Shown: positions 58,945-64,000 of the stretch, piece after piece
How positions within the stretch are numbered: the first letter of the stretch is position 1
Layout of the letters: each line of letters begins with the position of its first letter
Source: Chrysomallon squamiferum
Lineage: Eukaryota > Animalia > Mollusca
Direction of reading: 5' to 3'
Assembly (NCBI GenBank): GCA_012295275.1
Contig: CM022671.1
Span: 30,256,001-30,320,000 of the forward strand
DNA length: 64,000 nt
The notes under the pieces: model-generated
Told to the model about the DNA's origin: nothing
The model's database searches: none
Seen by the model: the letters and a program-made list of their open reading frames with translations, nothing else
Made by a program: the position numbers and the translations under genes

Positions 58945-61057
58945 ATGGTCCTCCTACGTTTTGGCTCTTGTTTTTCATTCATATTCTTCTCTTGCTATGG
59001 ATTAAATAGGAAAGAATCTTTGGCGTCAAAATGTCCCAGTGTATGTCGATGTTTCAATCGAGAAAAAGCTGTTTGTGGTAAATACAGACATGGTCTAACA
59101 TACGTCCCTGCATTGCCGGATTATATAACCCAACTCGAGTTGATAAATGCAAAGATTCCTGTAGTGAACAGATCGGTCCTGTTGCCAGTTTCCAACTGTA
59201 CTTTACAATCTCTGTCACTTATCAATGATGGAATTCGAGAACTGTCGCCAGACACCTTCCACGATTTCCCCAAACTCAGAAAACTCGACCTAAGCGGAAA
59301 CGTCATAACGGAAGTGTCGTTGAAAGAAGCGTTTCGATCTCTTGGAAGCGATTTGAAAACATTAATTCTGAACAACATGTCGATCAGATTTACTTCTGGC
59401 CTAACTGAAGGCCCTATCTTTCAGAACCTTGGAGCATTTTCCTTTCAAAAAAATCTCGTTTCTATCTTAAATGAATCAATTTTAGCTGAAATGCCGTCTT
59501 TGTATTACTTGGATATGCAAAACAATCAAATAAAATCGTTTTCCTCATGGAATCTCAGAAGAAACTTGAGAATCAGAATTATGAATCTGGCTGGGAACAT
59601 GTTGTACGAGGTTCCCAATTTCTGCTGGTCTAATGGTTCTACTCGTTACGACGGACTTGAGAATCTGAATCTCGACTATAATAATATTAGAATAATAACC
59701 AAGTCATCTTTTTCATGTCTCGACAATCTTAAGAAACTGAGCTTAAGCGGAAACATGATTCGAGTGCTCGATGACAATACCTTTCTCAGTCTACCTAGAT
59801 TACGAATACTGATCTTAAATTATCTTCATCAGTTGAAATACATATCAGAGTTGGCATTCAAATCCAGCACTGTTTCCATCCTGGAACTTTCTAATAATCC
59901 AAAATTGAGAGACGACTATTTTGTGGGCAATTTTCCTTTCGTTCACATCAAGAAATTAAAAAAATTGATTTTAATGAAGACGCGAATATATCTTTCGGAA
60001 GATTCTTTCAGGAAAATGTTGCTGCAGCTGAAGTTCATTGAAGTTCTAAATCTGCAGAAAACAGACATAAACAAAATACCATCGAAAACTCTTTGCTTTC
60101 TACCCTTTCTAAACACATTAGACTTACAAGGGAATTTCATGGCTAGCTGGCAAGACGACATGTTCGCCAACGTGACTAGTCTGAAATATCTTAACCTCGA
60201 CGGCAACCGCATCAGCGTTATCAACGAAACGTCATTTCCGATCGAGATGAGACGAAATGTCCGACGAATTAACCTTGGAAACAACGATTTCCTCTGCACG
60301 TGCGCGTTACTATGGTTTCGTAATTGGATGAAGCTGATGATGAAGAATCGGTCAATTGAATTTGTTAATTATCCTCAGCGTTATTACTGTAAGAATCCCA
60401 CGCACATTCGTCTTGACGAATTCAACCCAACACCCGAGTCCTGTCGAACTCTCAATCCTTACATTATAGCCGGAGCAGCTTCTGGAACGTTCTTCTTGGT
60501 GGTCATGATCGTCGTGGCCGTCGTATATTACAATCGTTGGAACATTCGATACCTATTGTATTCTAGAAGACGACGTGGGTATCAACAACTGCCTGGCAGA
60601 AACATACAGACAGAATACGACGCCTTTGTTTCCTGCGCCAATGAAGACATGGACTGGATGATGAGCGAGATTAGTGACTTTCTGGAGAATGAAAAGCGTC
60701 TCAGTCTTTGCATTCATCAACGGAATTTCGAGGCTGGGAAACTTATTATTGATAACGTAATGGACTGCATGGAAAAAAGCAGGGCCGTCATCGTCATAGT
60801 ATCTAATCATTTTGTGAAAAGCAAATGGTGCACGTGGGAGTTAAAATTCGCACTGCATCTGCACATAGAGACAGAAAAACAGATTGTTGTAGTCATTCGT
60901 GAACCGGTTTTCAGAAGGAACATGACTCGGCCGATGAAAGCCTTTATTTGAAACCACCACCTACATAGAGTGGGCAGAGAATGATGCTGCTGAAAGACTT
61001 TTCAGGAGTCAGCTATCAAATGCTATGGGATGTGAAAATCATGATACAATTAATTAA
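58945..61057 (+). CDS. Toll-like receptor, single cysteine cluster type, single coding exon, frameshifted at ~60949 in the TIR C-terminus
   Basis: Signal peptide, LRRNT CPSVCRC, many LxxLxLxxN repeats, LRRCT NDFLCTCALLWF...YYCKNP...C, TM IIAGAASGTFFLVVMIVVAVVYY, TIR YDAFVS / CIHQRNFEAG / SKWCTWEL. The ORF stops at 60951, but the +1 frame continues ETTTYIEWAENDAAERLFRSQLSNAMGCENHDTIN* to 61057 (703 aa if restored). Confidence 0.95.
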
Positions 61058-62232
61058 CGGCGTTTTCAGTATAAGGATATTGTTATGAAAGATGTGTACT
61101 GTAATGAAACTTTATCGTACAGTTTGAACACGAAGGTCAACGACAAGGAATCAAATAACAACAGTAAGACTAATAATAGGAAGAAAATGGAAAAGAAAAA
61201 TATCGTTATCGAAAATCGAAGAAAATATGTTAATAATGATTCCATAACCATTAACAACTTTAATACGCTAATTATCTTTAAAAAAATTAATTAAAATTAA
61301 AAATTAAAAATAATAAAAGAAAGGAAGATAAGAATAAACACAAATTTTATAAAAATACATAATAAAAGAAATATATCATTATGAGCAATATTGCTGAATT
61401 ATCAAAAATAACATTATAAGCTTTAAGATATAAATTCGCTGTTTTAGAAAAAATTGCAATTTTATGTTCAGTGTAATATCGAATGTATCGGTATCGAGAA
61501 CATAAATATCAACATTTTAATGATCGATAATTGATCCATTCAATAAATTAATGCGATTTACTTTTGAAATGTAGATGTATGCATTTAGTTGATAGTGAAT
61601 TCAATACAGTTTAAAATATTTGCATTTAGATAGTCGATTATCCGTCAGTTATAAACGATTATCCTTTGAAACGTGACCATTAACATAATGTAGCTTCATT
61701 TGGTTCAATAATGGATAATGAAGTTACTTTAATATAAATTAAAGGCATATATTTTTACTTTTACTTTATTTTTTACATATACTAGATTTGATGTGGTATT
61801 TTTACAATGTATTTTAACAAGGAATTTTACTGATAAACCTGGAGATATAACAAACGTTGAGTTATAGATATTTGTACTGATCACTAACAAAACTTCTATC
61901 GTGTAGTGCATAGGAGTTTATTAAAGCATAAATAATAGTTTTTAAAATCTCTAACTGTTTATATTAGAGCTGTTTTCGAACGATTTTCTTTTAAAATATT
62001 ATTGCTAACCCTGAGACGTATTATCGTTGTCACCATCATCATCATCATCATCATCATTATTATTAATGTTATTGTTCTTGTTGTTTTCGTTCTTAGATCT
62101 AAAAATAGACTTAGCCTTATCATATTGATCCTACTTATTCATATTTCATGGTTATTAAGAATTAACCACATTATAAAAGAAATCTCATGGTTTATAGTGA
62201 AATACAAAAATGTGTAGGATACGAAAAGCAAG

Positions 62233-62348
62233 GTTTGTGGCTTTTTAGTTGTGGTTGCTCTTGTTGTTGTTTTCTTGCTTCTTTTTTATTTCTGGTTTTT
62301 ACTATATTATACCATCAAAACCATCGTAAATATTCTAAAATAATAATA

Positions 62349-62391
<43 letters not shown>

Positions 62392-62539
62392 GTAATAGCT
62401 TGTATTGTATGAAAAGTAATTTCCTAAATATTTGAAACCAAAATATTGCGTCATCTTTATTCATGTGGGTTTTTGGTTGTGGTTGCTCTTGTTGTTGTTT
62501 TGTTGCTTCGTTTTTATTTCTGGTTTTTACTATATTATA
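62233..62539. repeat. ~75-bp direct duplication
   Basis: GTTGTGGTTGCTCTTGTTGTTGTTTT.TTGCTTC.TTTTTATTTCTGGTTTTTACTATATTATA at ~62248-62311 and ~62476-62539. Confidence 0.85.
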
Positions 62540-63792
62540 ATTGGTTTTAGAATTGCGAAAATAAATCTCGTTTGCTAATGACGTCGTTTTTTCTTCTTCT
62601 CTTTCTTAAACATAGGCTGTAGTTAAATCTTTGTAGATTAATATCATAGCTGTCACCAAGATTAATACTAACAACAACAACAACAAGGTCTTTGAAATAA
62701 ATGGAGTTTTATTTCATATTTAAAAGGAGACTCTTGTTACACCGTAGTAACAATAAACATGTCTGAATAATTTACACAGAAATAGAACCATCGTCACTTA
62801 TTAACTGTTGTGACGTTGATTATACTTTCGTTTTAGTTTCGATTTTCAACATTAAAGTTACATTAATACTAAAGAAGTATACTAAAATAATTTAAAACTT
62901 CGGGTAAGGATGTGACCATAGAGCCCCAGTACAGGTTGAATCTGATTATTTTCTAATCTGTTGTAATAACAAAGTTTGGTAATAATATAATTAGTGTGCC
63001 AACATCCACGATACCTTCATGTCTTACATTATATCATTTCTGTCCTAAAGATATTGCTGTTTAATAATAAAAATGTTAAGATTTTAGAATAAATGAAAAT
63101 ATATCCGATTAGTTCAGCAGAAAAGGATAGCCTACTAAAGTAAATATTTTTAAAACTTACTGAAACCGGAAAAAAAAAAAAACAAGAATCATTTTATAAA
63201 ATAGCTGGGAATCACCTACTCACTGCCTTCATTCCTTTGAACCTTTATCTCAGATCTCCTGTGTACTAATTAAAACCTGTTATTTTAGAATTTAAATATT
63301 TAGTTTCATCATATGAGTATATTCTGTTTTATTTTGACAACACCCTGTGTTACTACGGAGAATCTATGCAATTTTATTTGGCGAATTTCATGTTGAGAAA
63401 TGATGGACATGATAAGAAATGATGGACCGGAGCAAGCAAAACGAGTGAGTGAAAATCGCGCGTACACGAAACTTTCAGAATGTTATTATGTTTGCTTGCT
63501 TATTTTTTTAGGCCATGACTTTTTCCGAAGAATCACGCGTATACGAAACTTTCAGTCTGACGCGGAAACCAAACTGTAACTCCTTATTTTAATGGAATAA
63601 ACAACGAAAGAAATGTCCTGCGTGGGGTAGTTAAATGTCTGTGGCAGAAAAATCTTGCCTCTAGAGATCGCATAGGATGTTGAAAATAAATGTTTGAAAA
63701 GTATGGTTTATAATTTTGAAGCTGATATTTTCGTGGGGGCGCCAGGTAAGTCTGCCACCGGCCCTGAATACGTACACATTATAAAATGTGTC

Positions 63793-64000
63793 GAGCTCAG
63801 TTAAACATTCGTTTTTATTCTCTCACCCGAAGTCACAAGTGATTCGTGCAACCAACTATTTACAGGAGCACAGAGCTGTTTAACTTTCAAACAAATTTAA
63901 CAGAGCGTGACTAACAATACATTTATGAAATACCCATGAACTTTCGATCATACAGGAAAGTAAATAATTTAGAAAAATGTCTTGAGAAATTTTCCGATAT
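63793..64000 (+). promoter_or_regulatory. Diverged copy C of the TLR upstream module, running off the window end
   Basis: Collinear with 57263-57471: GAG.TCAGTTAA.CATTC, GAAGTC.CAAGTGATTC.TGCAACCA, TGAAATACCCA, TTTCGATC, AGTAAATAATT.AGAAA, GTCTT.AGAAAT.TTCCGATAT. Confidence 0.75.

Noticed and set aside
60949-60951. TGA as selenocysteine or stop read-through in the TLR
   Set aside because: The conserved TIR tail is in the +1 frame, not in frame after the TGA.
63632-63766. hAT-like terminus TCTGCCACCGGCCCTG
   Set aside because: Only a partial partner (GTGGCAGA at ~63641) and no target-site duplication, so too degraded to call.

Overview
AT-rich, microsatellite-dense animal genomic DNA, probably from a mollusc or other lophotrochozoan (inferred from the TLR type and repeat families). 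No prokaryotic features or CRISPR arrays. Three protein-coding loci can be supported. (1) A complete four-coding-exon Pox neuro (Poxn) paired-box gene on the minus strand, CDS 12849->2960, about 352 aa. It has an internally deleted Tigger/pogo element inside the paired-box intron and a ~38 kb gene-free upstream region dotted with CpG-rich islands. (2) The 5' half only (4 exons, ~200 codons) of imidazolonepropionase AMDHD1/HutI on the minus strand (55220->51521). It carries a 1-nt frameshift, and I could not find its 3' exons. (3) A Toll-like receptor with a single coding exon on the plus strand (58945->61057). A 1-nt insertion cuts off TIR box 3, the BB loop has a TLR3-like Ala, and its upstream promoter/leader module recurs three times, which predicts a tandem TLR paralogue just beyond the window. 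Most ORF-track entries are microsatellite artefacts. I found no clearly new biological system. The best leads are the duplicated TLR promoter/leader cassettes, the truncated AMDHD1 at a sharp CpG boundary, and the Poxn regulatory landscape.
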